64,000 nucleotides of DNA from Capsulimonadaceae bacterium (GTDB lineage Bacteria > Armatimonadota > Armatimonadia > Armatimonadales > Capsulimonadaceae), in assembly GCA_965215505.1 (NCBI GenBank), contig OZ244065.1, positions 4,640,001 to 4,704,000 of the forward strand, read 5' to 3'. Numbering within the stretch: the stretch's first letter is position 1; each line of letters opens with the position of its first letter. Both the position numbers and the translations under genes were made by a program. Shown here one piece after another: positions 37,115 to 46,117 of this stretch. Under the pieces are notes generated by a model that was not told where the DNA came from, did no database searches, and saw only the letters and a list, made by a program, of their open reading frames with translations.

Positions 37115-37828
37115 TCAGACCTTCGTCGCGGGCGCGGTGGTCGGGGCAGCGGCCGGGGCTGCGCCGGGGGCTGCGGGCGCGGGGAACGTGAACGGGGTGC
37201 CCTGCATGGCCTTCCACTGCGTCTTCTGCGTGTCGGTCAGCAGGGCGAGGATCTTGTCGCCCTCGGCCTTCTGCATGTCGGTCATCTTGGTCGCCAGGGC
37301 CTGGCGGTCCGCGTCGGTCATGTTCTGGTAGTCAATGCCCTGCATGGCCGCCCGCCGGTCCGCATTGGCCTGGGTCTGGAGGTCGGCCACCTGCTTCTGC
37401 TGGTCGTCGGTCAGCTTGAGCTGGTCGGCCACGCTCTTGCGCGTGATGGCGACCGGCCCCTGCTGCTGCAATTCGAGCTGGCGGAAGCGCATCCCGATGA
37501 TCTCGAAGACAGCCTTGTCCTGAAGCTCCTGCGTCTTCGCCATCCGCTGCTGGCGCTCCTCGGGCGTCATCTGGCCGGGGCCATTGGGATAAAGCGCCGT
37601 CATGGCGTCGCGCACTTCCTGCTGCTTGACGTCAATCATGCTGATCTGCTCTGGCGTCAGCTTCAGCTCCTTCTGCACTTCCGGGAGGCGCAGCATTTGC
37701 AGGCCCCCGCCGTTGTTCTGGCCCCACCTGCCGCCGCGCCCGCCGCCGCCGAACTGCGCCATCGCCGTGCCGGACGTGAGCGCGAAGAGCGCCACCGCCG
37801 CCAGTACCATGCTCCGCTGCCGTTTCAT
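37115..37828 (-). CDS. Secreted LTxxQ-repeat (Spy/CpxP-like) protein
   Basis: Signal peptide ending AMA; LKLTPEQ, LKLTDDQ, LLTDTQ. Confidence 0.75.
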   Translation of the reverse strand: MKRQRSMVLAAVALFALTSGTAMAQFGGGGRGGRWGQNNGGGLQMLRLPEVQKELKLTPEQISMIDVKQQEVRDAMTALYPNGPGQMTPEERQQRMAKTQELQDKAVFEIIGMRFRQLELQQQGPVAITRKSVADQLKLTDDQQKQVADLQTQANADRRAAMQGIDYQNMTDADRQALATKMTDMQKAEGDKILALLTDTQKTQWKAMQGTPFTFPAPAAPGAAPAAAPTTAPATKV

Positions 37829-37943
37829 TTCGTTGCCTTTCCGCCCCTGTGGGGCAAAGAGCCGTTCTGTTTCGGACTACTGCACTTCTTTGTTTTGCAA
37901 CCGTTGCCGTTTTTCCTTCTTTTGGCCCCGCAAAAATACGGAG

Positions 37944-40025
37944 TCATGGCTTCAGTCCATTCGCGACAAGCGGCAGCGCACGGAGCCGGACTCCGGCCGC
38001 CTCGAAGATCGCGCTGCCGAGCGCCGGGGCGATGGCGATGATGGGCGTCTCGCCCGCGCCCACCGAGGGCAGGTCCGTCCGGTCCAGCAGCACAACGTCG
38101 ATGGGCGGCACGTCGCCGAAGCGCGGGACACGGTAGGCGGACAAACACGGGTTCAGGATGCGCCCCCCGTCGAATTGGACGGCCTCGAACAGCGCGCCCC
38201 CCAGACCCATGACGACCGCTCCCTCCACCTGGCTTTCCAGGTGCCGGGGGTTGATGACGGCCCCGCATTCGTAGGCCGCCACGATGCGGACCACGCGCAC
38301 CGCGCCGGTTTCGGGCGTGACGGCGACCTCGACGCAGTTAGCGATGAAACTGCCCTTCTCGGTCCCACAGGCGATCCCGAAGCCGTGATTAGGAGGCGCT
38401 TTGCGCCCCTGCCACCCGAATCGCTCCGCCGCCGCCGTCAGCACCGCGCGCATCCGGTCATCGCCCAGGTTATGCAGGCGGAAGGCCAGCGGGTCCCAGC
38501 CGTGGGCATGGGCCAGGTCGTCTATGTGGCACTCGCGGGCGAAGTGATTGCCGGTCGCCGCCAAGGCCCGGTAGGAACCCTGTCGGAGCGGCGACGAGGC
38601 TTCGTGGAACTCTGCCACCTGCTCCGGGACTCGGTACGGCGACTGAATGCCCGCCGACCCCGAGTTGTAGTTGTGGCACTCCCACCGCGTCAGCGTCCCG
38701 TCCGCGTCCGTGGCGGCGTTGACCTCGATGACCCCGGCTGGCCGGAGGTAGGCCGCCGTGAACTCCTCCTCGCGGGTCCAGACCATCTTCACGGGCCTGC
38801 CGGCGGCGCGGGCGAGCCTGGCGGCCTCGACCGCCGCCTCCCCGGTGTGCTTGCCGCCGTAGCCCGAGCCGGTATCCGGCACGATGACGCGGACCTGGTC
38901 TTCGGGCACGTCCAGGGCGACCGCCAGCTCTTCCCGCACCCCGAAAGGCCGCTGCGTCCCCGTCCAGACGGTCAGCCGCCCGTCCTCCCACACTGCCAGC
39001 GCAGCGCGCGGCTCCAGCGGCACATGCGCGAGGTAGGCGAGAGTATAGGTCGCCTGAAGCCGGTGCCCCCCGCCGTCTCCCTGAATGGCCGGGATGGGGG
39101 CAGAGTCCGGGCGCAGCAAGGCGACCAGGTCGGACCCCGCCGCGACGGGCGGCAGGTCCCATTCGGCTTTGACCGCCCTCAGCGCGCGCTCCGCCGCTGC
39201 CGCCGTCGGGGCGGCGACGCCGGCGAACCCGCCGTCATGGACGGCGACAACGCCGGGCAGTGCCTCCGCGCCGTGTAGGGCCACCGTCTTGAGAACGGCC
39301 CCGAAGACGGGGGGACGCAGGACGCGGCCCCAGAGCATCCCGTCCGCCGCGCAGTCGGAGGTGTAGTGGTGGCGGCCCGTCACGAACGCCCGCCCGTCCA
39401 CCTTCGGGGCCGACGTTCCCGCGACCTTCCACTCACCGGCGGGCGTCACGGCGACATCCGGGCCGACGGTCCGTGCGAGCCTCCGCCCCTGAACGATCTG
39501 CCCGAAGCCCAGCGCCCGCCCCGTTGGCGCATGACAGACCCCGCCTTCTTCGACAGTAAGCGCGGCGGGGTCTACCCGCCACTGTTCTGCCGCCAGCCCG
39601 GTCAGCAACTCGCGGGCCGTGGCGGCGGCCCGGCGCACCTGCGGGGCCATGAACGGCGTGGTCCGGCTGCCGAACGTCCCCATGTCAAACGGCGACAGGT
39701 CGGTGTCACCCAGCACGATCCGGATGGCGTCCATGGAAACCAGCAGCTCATCGGCGACGGCCTGTGCCAGCGACGTCCGGATGTTCTGGCCGACCTCCGC
39801 CTTGCCCGTCCCGACCGTGACGCGGCCCTCTGCCCCCAGATGAAGCCAGACTTCTACATCCCGAGTACCGGGATATGGCGCGGAGGCGGCAACCAGGGCC
39901 ACGATCCCCGCCCCATAAAGGCCGAAAAGGTCGGCCCGGATAGGCAGGGGGTGGGGGAACGGCTCGGCCTCCAGCTCGTACCGCTCCGGGGCGTCCACCC
40001 CCTCGGCCAGTGTTTCCGTGTTCAT
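37944..40025 (-). CDS. Xanthine dehydrogenase-family molybdopterin subunit (IorB-like)
   Basis: GKAEVGQ, DMGTFGS, HVPLEPR, GSGYGGK, SQVEGA, GAGETP. Confidence 0.9.
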   Translation of the reverse strand: MNTETLAEGVDAPERYELEAEPFPHPLPIRADLFGLYGAGIVALVAASAPYPGTRDVEVWLHLGAEGRVTVGTGKAEVGQNIRTSLAQAVADELLVSMDAIRIVLGDTDLSPFDMGTFGSRTTPFMAPQVRRAAATARELLTGLAAEQWRVDPAALTVEEGGVCHAPTGRALGFGQIVQGRRLARTVGPDVAVTPAGEWKVAGTSAPKVDGRAFVTGRHHYTSDCAADGMLWGRVLRPPVFGAVLKTVALHGAEALPGVVAVHDGGFAGVAAPTAAAAERALRAVKAEWDLPPVAAGSDLVALLRPDSAPIPAIQGDGGGHRLQATYTLAYLAHVPLEPRAALAVWEDGRLTVWTGTQRPFGVREELAVALDVPEDQVRVIVPDTGSGYGGKHTGEAAVEAARLARAAGRPVKMVWTREEEFTAAYLRPAGVIEVNAATDADGTLTRWECHNYNSGSAGIQSPYRVPEQVAEFHEASSPLRQGSYRALAATGNHFARECHIDDLAHAHGWDPLAFRLHNLGDDRMRAVLTAAAERFGWQGRKAPPNHGFGIACGTEKGSFIANCVEVAVTPETGAVRVVRIVAAYECGAVINPRHLESQVEGAVVMGLGGALFEAVQFDGGRILNPCLSAYRVPRFGDVPPIDVVLLDRTDLPSVGAGETPIIAIAPALGSAIFEAAGVRLRALPLVANGLKP

Positions 40026-40501
40026 CGCGCTCCCCTTTCCATGCTTCGCGCCGCCAGCCGGACCGCCGCCAGGATGCGCCGGTAGACCCCGCACCGGCAG
40101 ACGTGCTTCTGGAGCGCCCCGATGATCTCCGCCTCAGTCGGGTCGCCGTTCTCCGCCAGCAGGGCCACGGTCGCCAGTATCATCCCAGGCGTGCAGTACC
40201 CGCATTGGAGCGCGTCGGCCTCCAAGAATGCTTCCTGGACCGGGTGAAGCCGCCCCTCCCGTTCGAGTCCCTCGATGGTGAGGACCGCCCCCGACCCGAC
40301 CGCACCGATCGGCGTGATGCACGTCGGCACCGGTTTCCCGCCCAGCAGCACGACGCAGGCCCCGCACTGCGCCTCGCCGCAGCCGTACTTCGCCCCCGTC
40401 AGGCCCATCTCGTCCCGCAGAACGCCAAGCAGGCTCCGCTCCGGGCTTCCGGTGACGGTGCAACCGGCTCCGTTGACGTGTATCTGTTGTTCTTCCGGCA
40501 T
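40022..40501 (-). CDS. (2Fe-2S)-binding subunit (IorA/CoxS-like)
   Basis: KYGCGEAQCGAC, QCGYCTPG, CRCG. Confidence 0.93.
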   Translation of the reverse strand: MPEEQQIHVNGAGCTVTGSPERSLLGVLRDEMGLTGAKYGCGEAQCGACVVLLGGKPVPTCITPIGAVGSGAVLTIEGLEREGRLHPVQEAFLEADALQCGYCTPGMILATVALLAENGDPTEAEIIGALQKHVCRCGVYRRILAAVRLAARSMERGAR

Positions 40502-40619
40502 AGTGCCCAATTCGCCGTCCACCGTGGGGAATCCTGTCTGGGAAAGCAGTCACCGGCACTTCAGTGCCAGTGACTTTCCAGCAGCAGGAATAAATGGCAG
40601 CACCGGCGAACTTCCTCCC

Positions 40620-42206
40620 ATGAAGCCATTCCTCCGCAGCATCTTTCACGCCGCCCTCATCCTGTGCGCGCTCACGTTCGCGGGGAGCGCCCGTGCGGCC
40701 GACCTCGCCAAGACCGCCGACGTCAAGACCGCCAACGGCGTCCTGGAAGGGACTGTGGACTCCGCCACCGGGGTCACGGCCTTCAAAGGCATCCCCTACG
40801 CCCAGCCGCCCGTCGGGGACCTGCGGTGGAAAGCGCCCCTGCCCGCCAAGGACTGGTCGGGCGTGCGTCCGGCGGCCGCCTTCGGGCCGCGCGCCATGCA
40901 GCTCCCCCTCTTCAGCGACATGGTCTTCCGCTCCAACGGCATGAGCGAGGACTGCCTGTACCTCAACGTCTGGGAACCTGCCACCGCCGACAAGCAGCGC
41001 CGGCCGGTGCTGGTCTACTTCTTCGGCGGCGGCTTCGTGGGCGGCGACGGCTCCGAGCCGCGCTATGACGGGGCGGCCATGGCGCGGCGCGGCATCGTGG
41101 CCGTCACCGTCACCTTCCGCCTGGGCGTGTTCGGCTTCCTCGCCCACCCCGAGCTGACGCGCGAGTCCCCACATCACGCCTCCGGCGACTACGGCCTGAT
41201 GGACCAGAGTGCCGCCCTGCGCTGGGTGCAGAAGAACATCGCGGCCTTCGGCGGCGACCCCAGGCGCGTCACCATCGCCGGCGAGTCGGCGGGGTCGTAC
41301 TCGGTCAGCGCCCAGATGGCCTCCCCCTGGTCCAAGGGCCTCATCACCGGGGCCATCGGGGAAAGTGGCTCGCTGATGGGCACGCACCCCACGCCCTTTT
41401 TGGCAGATGCCGAGCGCCGAGGCACGACGTTCGCGGCCGGCCTGGGGGCGACCTCGCTTGCCGCCCTGCGCGCCCTGCCCGCCGATCAAATCCTCGCCGC
41501 AACCGCCCCGCGCACCGCCCCGCGCTTCGGGGCCATCGTGGACGGCGACTTCCTGCCCCGTCCGCCCGCCGAGATCTACGCCGCCGGGGACCAGGCGCAC
41601 GTGCCCCTGCTGGTCGGGTGGAACTCGCAGGAGTCGGACGCCGGGGGCGTTCTGGGGAAGGACCCCCCGACCCCGGAGAACTTCGCCAAGGCTTTGCGGA
41701 CCGTCTTCGGGGACCACGCGGACGATGCCGCGAAAGTATTCCCCGCCTCCACGGACGAGGAAGCCCGCCAATCCGCGACGGCCCTCGCCAGCGACCGGTT
41801 CATCGCCTTCAGCACCTGGAAGTGGTACGACCTCCAGAGCCGCACCGGGGGCAAACCCGTCTTCCGCTACCTCTTCTCCCGCCCCCGTCCGGGCGGATCG
41901 GGCGCGGTGCATTCCGGCGAGATCGAGTACGCCCTGGGCAACCTCGCCACCAACACGACCTATGCCTGGACGCCGGACGACTACAAGGTATCCGAAACCA
42001 TGCAGAGCTACTTCGCGAACTTCATCAAGACCGGCGACCCGAACGGCGCGGCCCTGCCCTCCTGGCCCGCCGCCAACCGTGGCGGCTCGGAGCCGGTCAT
42101 GCACCTGGACGTGAACACCCATGTGGGCTTCGACGCGCACCGGGACCGCTACCGGTTCCTGGATCAGTTCTACTTCTACGCCCCGCCGGTTGACGGTTCG
42201 CGCTGA
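40620..42206 (+). CDS. Type-B carboxylesterase/lipase, secreted
   Basis: FKGIPYA.PP.G.LRW, SEDCLYLN, GESAG, HSGEI; signal peptide from 40620. Confidence 0.93.
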   Translation: MKPFLRSIFHAALILCALTFAGSARAADLAKTADVKTANGVLEGTVDSATGVTAFKGIPYAQPPVGDLRWKAPLPAKDWSGVRPAAAFGPRAMQLPLFSDMVFRSNGMSEDCLYLNVWEPATADKQRRPVLVYFFGGGFVGGDGSEPRYDGAAMARRGIVAVTVTFRLGVFGFLAHPELTRESPHHASGDYGLMDQSAALRWVQKNIAAFGGDPRRVTIAGESAGSYSVSAQMASPWSKGLITGAIGESGSLMGTHPTPFLADAERRGTTFAAGLGATSLAALRALPADQILAATAPRTAPRFGAIVDGDFLPRPPAEIYAAGDQAHVPLLVGWNSQESDAGGVLGKDPPTPENFAKALRTVFGDHADDAAKVFPASTDEEARQSATALASDRFIAFSTWKWYDLQSRTGGKPVFRYLFSRPRPGGSGAVHSGEIEYALGNLATNTTYAWTPDDYKVSETMQSYFANFIKTGDPNGAALPSWPAANRGGSEPVMHLDVNTHVGFDAHRDRYRFLDQFYFYAPPVDGSR

Positions 42207-42257
42207 AGACTGAACGGCGGCGTCGCCAGGATGTTCTGCCGGGTCCGAGACGTGGGC

Positions 42258-42298
42258 AAAAAAAGGGGGCCGCAGGCATGATGCCTGCGGCTCCCTTC
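42258..42298 (-). terminator. Intrinsic terminator between convergent genes
   Basis: AAAAAAA GGGGGCCGCAGGCA TGA TGCCTGCGGCTCCC TT; the U-tract is on the minus strand. Confidence 0.75.
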
Positions 42299-42325
42299 TG
42301 CGTCTCTGGGTGAGGGTCCATCGGT

Positions 42326-42520
42326 TTAGAGGCCCAGATGCGCTAGCGCATACACTCCATAGGCTGCGCTTGATCCCATAAGGGCCACCATCCCCACCAC
42401 GTCCCACCGATGGGCGAGCCATTGCACAAATCCCCCGCCCGGCTTTGGCTTCGCCGGAACGGTCGCCTCGTCCAGATGGACTAGGGTAAGAACACTGTTC
42501 CCGTAAAGAGCGTGTCGCAT
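42326..42520 (-). CDS. Small (64 aa) membrane protein
   Basis: Strong GAGGAGG RBS; C-terminal hydrophobic helix; followed by a terminator. Confidence 0.6.
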   Translation of the reverse strand: MRHALYGNSVLTLVHLDEATVPAKPKPGGGFVQWLAHRWDVVGMVALMGSSAAYGVYALAHLGL

Positions 42521-42887
42521 GGTATGCCTCCTCAGGTCTCTTCCCGCCTTCCGTTTCTTCCTCTTGATTATGACACTTCCACGGCGTTCTTGTGGCTATT
42601 TTGGTAGACATGCAGGAGCGATCCCGGAGTTGTCTCACCTGATGAGAATTTGGGGTAGTTCCGCCTCTGCTGCTCCGTTTAAAGGCTCAGGCGTCCTAAC
42701 AAGAGGCAACATGTTCCTGTTCTCAGAGGGCGTTTAGGAGAACATTCGTTCACACGCCAGACGCGACCTGCTGCTGACTCTGGTGGAGGAAGTAGTGTGC
42801 TACAAAGACGGGGCGGAGATGAGACAGATGATAGGATGAAGGTCGTGTTCCTCCCCGGCGTGTTCGGGAATGCTGGGAAAGAGGACG

Positions 42888-42998
42888 GGGCATCAAGGCG
42901 TAGAGGTAGTCGGCGTCGTCGGTGGGGCGGATGACGCCGGGGCGCAGCGGCTCGGTCAGCTCGATGTGCAGGCCCTCGGTGTCTAGGACGTTCAGGAC
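42888..42998 (-). pseudogene. dnaN: Orphan fragment resembling the C-terminus of the DNA polymerase III beta clamp
   Basis: Manual translation VLNVLDTEGLHIELTEPLRPGVIRPTDDADYLYALMP fits the DnaN C-terminal pattern (D.L..L......L.....P..I.P.....Y.Y.LMP); no start and no upstream domains. Confidence 0.7.
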
Positions 42999-43011
42999 GC
43001 CGGTTCGAACT

Positions 43012-43033
43012 TGTTGACTAAATGTTGACTAAA
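43012..43033. repeat. Tandem 11-bp direct repeat (TGTTGACTAAA x2), candidate integrase arm-type site
   Basis: Exact AT-rich tandem repeat 13 nt from the dnaN fragment. Confidence 0.55.
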
Positions 43034-43289
43034 TCTGGTCCGTGCCAAAAGCCAGCACCAGCGCGACGGCCTTGGCCTCTTCCCTCATCTCTTTTTGCAG
43101 CGCGTCCCAGATCATGTCCTGCTTCGTGCGCTCACCCAGACCATCAAAACGGTCGGAGACGAGGCGGACATAGATCGAGCCGTCGTCGCCCTCGTCGGTG
43201 CGGACCGCCGCGTTTGGGCCGAACGCCTTTTGCAACGTCTCGCGTACTCTGGCGCTTGCCTGTGGGTAGTTGTGAGAGAAGGTAGCCAT
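43029..43289 (-). CDS. Small BolA-like protein (86 aa)
   Basis: GGAGG RBS; IYVRLVSDRFDGLGERTKQDMIWDALQKEM resembles the BolA pattern V.IVS..F.G.....R...V...L..E. Confidence 0.6.
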   Translation of the reverse strand: MATFSHNYPQASARVRETLQKAFGPNAAVRTDEGDDGSIYVRLVSDRFDGLGERTKQDMIWDALQKEMREEAKAVALVLAFGTDQI

Positions 43290-43293
43290 TGAT

Positions 43294-43788
43294 TCATCCT
43301 CCGCCGATCTTCGGTGAAAGCCAGTCCACCACCGTTTGCACGTCGTCCAAAAATTCTGTCGCCTCCGCACGAGGCACGGCGTCTGACTCGTATCGCCATG
43401 AAGAGCGCCATTGGGCGACACGGCCCCATAATCTTCGGTCGTAGGCAAGGTCCTGCGGCAAATCGGTGAGCTGGAGCAGGTACAAGATTTTGTGGCCTGC
43501 CGCTGACCGCGCGATGTTTTCCACCGGCTCCAACCCCCGCCGCTTCCGCTGTTCGTTGAGCTTATCCACTGCGGACGCCAAAGTCTGCGTGTTCATGTGC
43601 TGGATCAGATATGCCTTCACCAGACACTCCGCCGCATAACCAGCGAGATACATCGCGCCGCGCAGATGGCGACGGCCGGCGTCGGAACGCTGCGGGTCAA
43701 GCGTCGGAGGTTCCAGCAGTTCTCTTGCATCCCCTAACCGCCGGGCTGCGCTGCGCTTGTAGTCCTGAATGGTATCGCGGAACGGCAT
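43294..43788 (-). CDS. HEPN domain protein
   Basis: A.RRL.DA..LL...GAMYLAGYAAECLVKA...GH.I..LL...W....RY...A..F...V..WL HEPN pattern; extended -10 TGGTATAAT at 43887-43879. Confidence 0.75.
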   Translation of the reverse strand: MPFRDTIQDYKRSAARRLGDARELLEPPTLDPQRSDAGRRHLRGAMYLAGYAAECLVKAYLIQHMNTQTLASAVDKLNEQRKRRGLEPVENIARSAAGHKILYLLQLTDLPQDLAYDRRLWGRVAQWRSSWRYESDAVPRAEATEFLDDVQTVVDWLSPKIGGG

Positions 43789-43971
43789 TTCAGTCCTACT
43801 CCGGCCTATGGCACGGGAACCAAGCGGTGGGCAGTGTCAGGGCGCAGGAGGCCAAACCCTGACACCGCTTCCATCTAGATTATACCACCTGCATCGTGTG
43901 CAGGGTTGAGAACCATGTGAGTAGCTATGAAACGCGGCGTCTTCCCTCTGAGCAACGCGCCGCGGCCTAAT

Positions 43972-44111
43972 CTCGAACCAATATGGCAGTTCTCGCTGAC
44001 AGGTTCGGGCTAGGCAAGGACGCGGCAGAGGGCCAGGAAGTGCGAATGCGCGGCGGCCCGCCCGGTGAGCCGGGCCGCCTGCCATTTGGCGGTCAGTTGG
44101 GCGGGGATCAA
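43972..44111 (-). pseudogene. Relic N-terminus of an MmeI-like type IIL restriction-modification enzyme
   Basis: Manual translation LIPAQLTAKWQAARLTGRAAAHSHFLALCRVLA*PEP...YWFE compared with the family pattern MTP.EFI.KW....L.ER.AAQ.HF.DLC.LLG.P.P...Y.FE. Confidence 0.6.
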
Positions 44112-44120
44112 ACGCGGGTC

Positions 44121-44342
44121 CTATGCCCCGGGGGTCTTGTGCTTCTTCAGCCACACGCGCTGCACGGCCTCCCGGATCAGGGCGCTGCGGCTCTGCCCCC
44201 GCTCGTCCGCGATGGCGTCCAGCGCCTGCCGCTCGGCTAGGTCTAGCATCACGGGTGTCTGCGTGAGCCTGGCCTTCTTGCGCCGCGCGCCGGGCCGCAG
44301 CCCCGTCCGTGCCCGCGTCTCCCCGATCTCCGTTTCCGTCAT
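44121..44342 (-). CDS. Ribbon-helix-helix (CopG-like) protein
   Basis: VMLDLAERQALDAIADERGQSRSALIREAV; AGGAGGAG RBS. Confidence 0.8.
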   Translation of the reverse strand: MTETEIGETRARTGLRPGARRKKARLTQTPVMLDLAERQALDAIADERGQSRSALIREAVQRVWLKKHKTPGA

Positions 44343-44361
44343 GTCGGCTCCTCCTAGTCTT

Positions 44362-45365
44362 TCACAGCAGCCCACTCAGCAGGCCGGTCATCTCGCCCTG
44401 GGCGTCGGCCCGGTTGTCATCGTAAATGGTCAGCGTCCGCAGGTCCGCGTGATGCGAGAGCTTCTGCACCTTCCGCACGTCCCCGCCGGAGGCATCCAGG
44501 GCCGCCGTGATGCTGCTGTGGCGGATCTTGTGGGGCGAAAGCTTCAGCCCCATCTTCTCGCCGTAGGTCTGGATCAGGTCGTGCAGGCCGTCCGGGGCCA
44601 GCCGCCCGCCCACGCGCTCGGGGGCCGCGACTGTGTGCCGCCGGGCGAGGCTGTGGAACAGGGGGGCGGCCCCGTCCCCCGCGTGGCCCGCCGCGACGAG
44701 GTAGGCGGCGACGGCCTCCGCGCACTTCGAGGACAGCGTGACCGGGGCCTTCTGCGTCCCCCGGCCCTTCCCCGTGATCAGCCGCCGCCGCTCGGTCAGG
44801 GAGAAGTCGCCGACGTTCAGGGCGCAGACTTCCGCCCGGCGCAGGGCGTTCTCGGCCAGCAGGCGCAGCAGGGCGGCGTCGCGCAGGGTCCGCAGCGTCC
44901 CCGCCCCGTGCATTTCGGCGGGCAGGGCCAGCAGCCAGCGCAGGGCTTTGAGGTCGGGGCCGCGCGTGTCTCGGTAGGCCCTGATCTTCTCCGAGTCCAC
45001 CAGGCCCCCCGTCCGTCTGCGCCATCCCCAGGCGGTGCGCGAACTTCAGCAGGGAGGGGACGGCGGCCAGACGGCGGCTGACGGTGGCCTCGGCCAGCCC
45101 CTCGGCCAGCGTCCGGCCCTTGTACGTCGCCAGGCGCAGGGCAACCTCGGGGGCGGCGAGGGAAAGGAACGCCCGCACGTCGGCGGGGCCGAGGGCCTGT
45201 TCGGGAGCGCCGAAGAAGGCGGCCAGGTCGGAGGCGTAGGCGCGTGGCCGGGGAGCGCTTGTCGGCCAACAGCAGGGCGACGGGATCAGAGCCGAGCGGG
45301 GGCAGTTTTGCTGCCATGTCACTGGGTGGCACGAGCGCACCGGTCGTCGCTTCCGACCCATTCAT
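44362..45365 (-). pseudogene. Tyrosine recombinase/integrase with two frameshifts
   Basis: Three frames join: LLADKRSPATR | RAYASDLAAFF...ATVSRRLAAV.SL.KFA | RDAALL...LRRAEV...GKG...HKIRH...HADLRTLTIY. Shifts lie near 45240 and 45005. Confidence 0.85.
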
Positions 45366-45910
45366 CGCTTATAATCCAGGGTGTCGTGGGTGATGTCCCC
45401 CGCCACTTCCCGCCAGCCTCCGGGCAGTTTCGCCCAGGTTGTCTGCTCCTCGTAAGTCCGCACGATCGTATACGCCGGCGTGGATGCCGAGCGCGAAAAA
45501 TGGGTGACGTAGCGCCAGCGCAGGACGGCACGGGCCTGGTTGCCCTGGAGCGCCACCTGGGAGACCGCGCAGCGCGCGGCGGCGGTGTAATTGTTTCTGG
45601 CGAAGAGGCCCGCGACGCCCGTCTGTTCCCCCCGGAAGTTCCCCTTCCGGCCCTGGACGTCCCTCAGCGCGAGGGTGGGCGACCGCATCGCCATGTAGCC
45701 CGCCAGATCCCGCGCCCCGTAGGCCGTGGCGGCACGGTCGCAGGCCGCCTGAATCGCCTGCCGCGCCTGAGCCGGGGTGTCGGCGCTGGCGTCTGGGGCG
45801 GGGCCGAGGACGCCCGCAGCGAGGGCCAGCACAACGAACACAGGCAAGGCGCGGCGCGGGGGACTCTCAGCCGGAACACGGAACGCCATCATACGGAACG
45901 CCATCATCAC
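45362..45910 (-). CDS. Secreted NTF2/DUF4440-like protein
   Basis: Signal peptide; ARQAIQAA.DR...AY.ARDL.GY, TWAK..GGWR. Confidence 0.65.
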   Translation of the reverse strand: MMMAFRMMAFRVPAESPPRRALPVFVVLALAAGVLGPAPDASADTPAQARQAIQAACDRAATAYGARDLAGYMAMRSPTLALRDVQGRKGNFRGEQTGVAGLFARNNYTAAARCAVSQVALQGNQARAVLRWRYVTHFSRSASTPAYTIVRTYEEQTTWAKLPGGWREVAGDITHDTLDYKR

Positions 45911-46117
45911 GATCTCCTGCCTCGAGTATGGCGTATAATCCGCCGCCCGTCAATACTCCTGATAACGGACATTTTACGGAGTAAATTCCCGCCGGGTCAT
46001 CGCGGATAGCCAGCCGCCGGCCGTCTGATGCGCCGGTAACATGCAGCGCTGTTCTCCCCGTATTCCAGCCTATCTTCCTCATACATCAATTCCCCGTTTG
46101 GAAAGGTCTGCCTTATC

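Noticed and set aside
39880-39950. Possible degenerate Tat signal (IRADLFGLYGAG) in the molybdopterin subunit
   Set aside because: No twin arginine is present; cannot be supported without an alignment.
40134-42638. 834-aa minus-strand ORF (also 37602-39278, 24046-25575, 21423-23030, 31725-33137)
   Set aside because: Shadow ORFs opposite well-supported genes.
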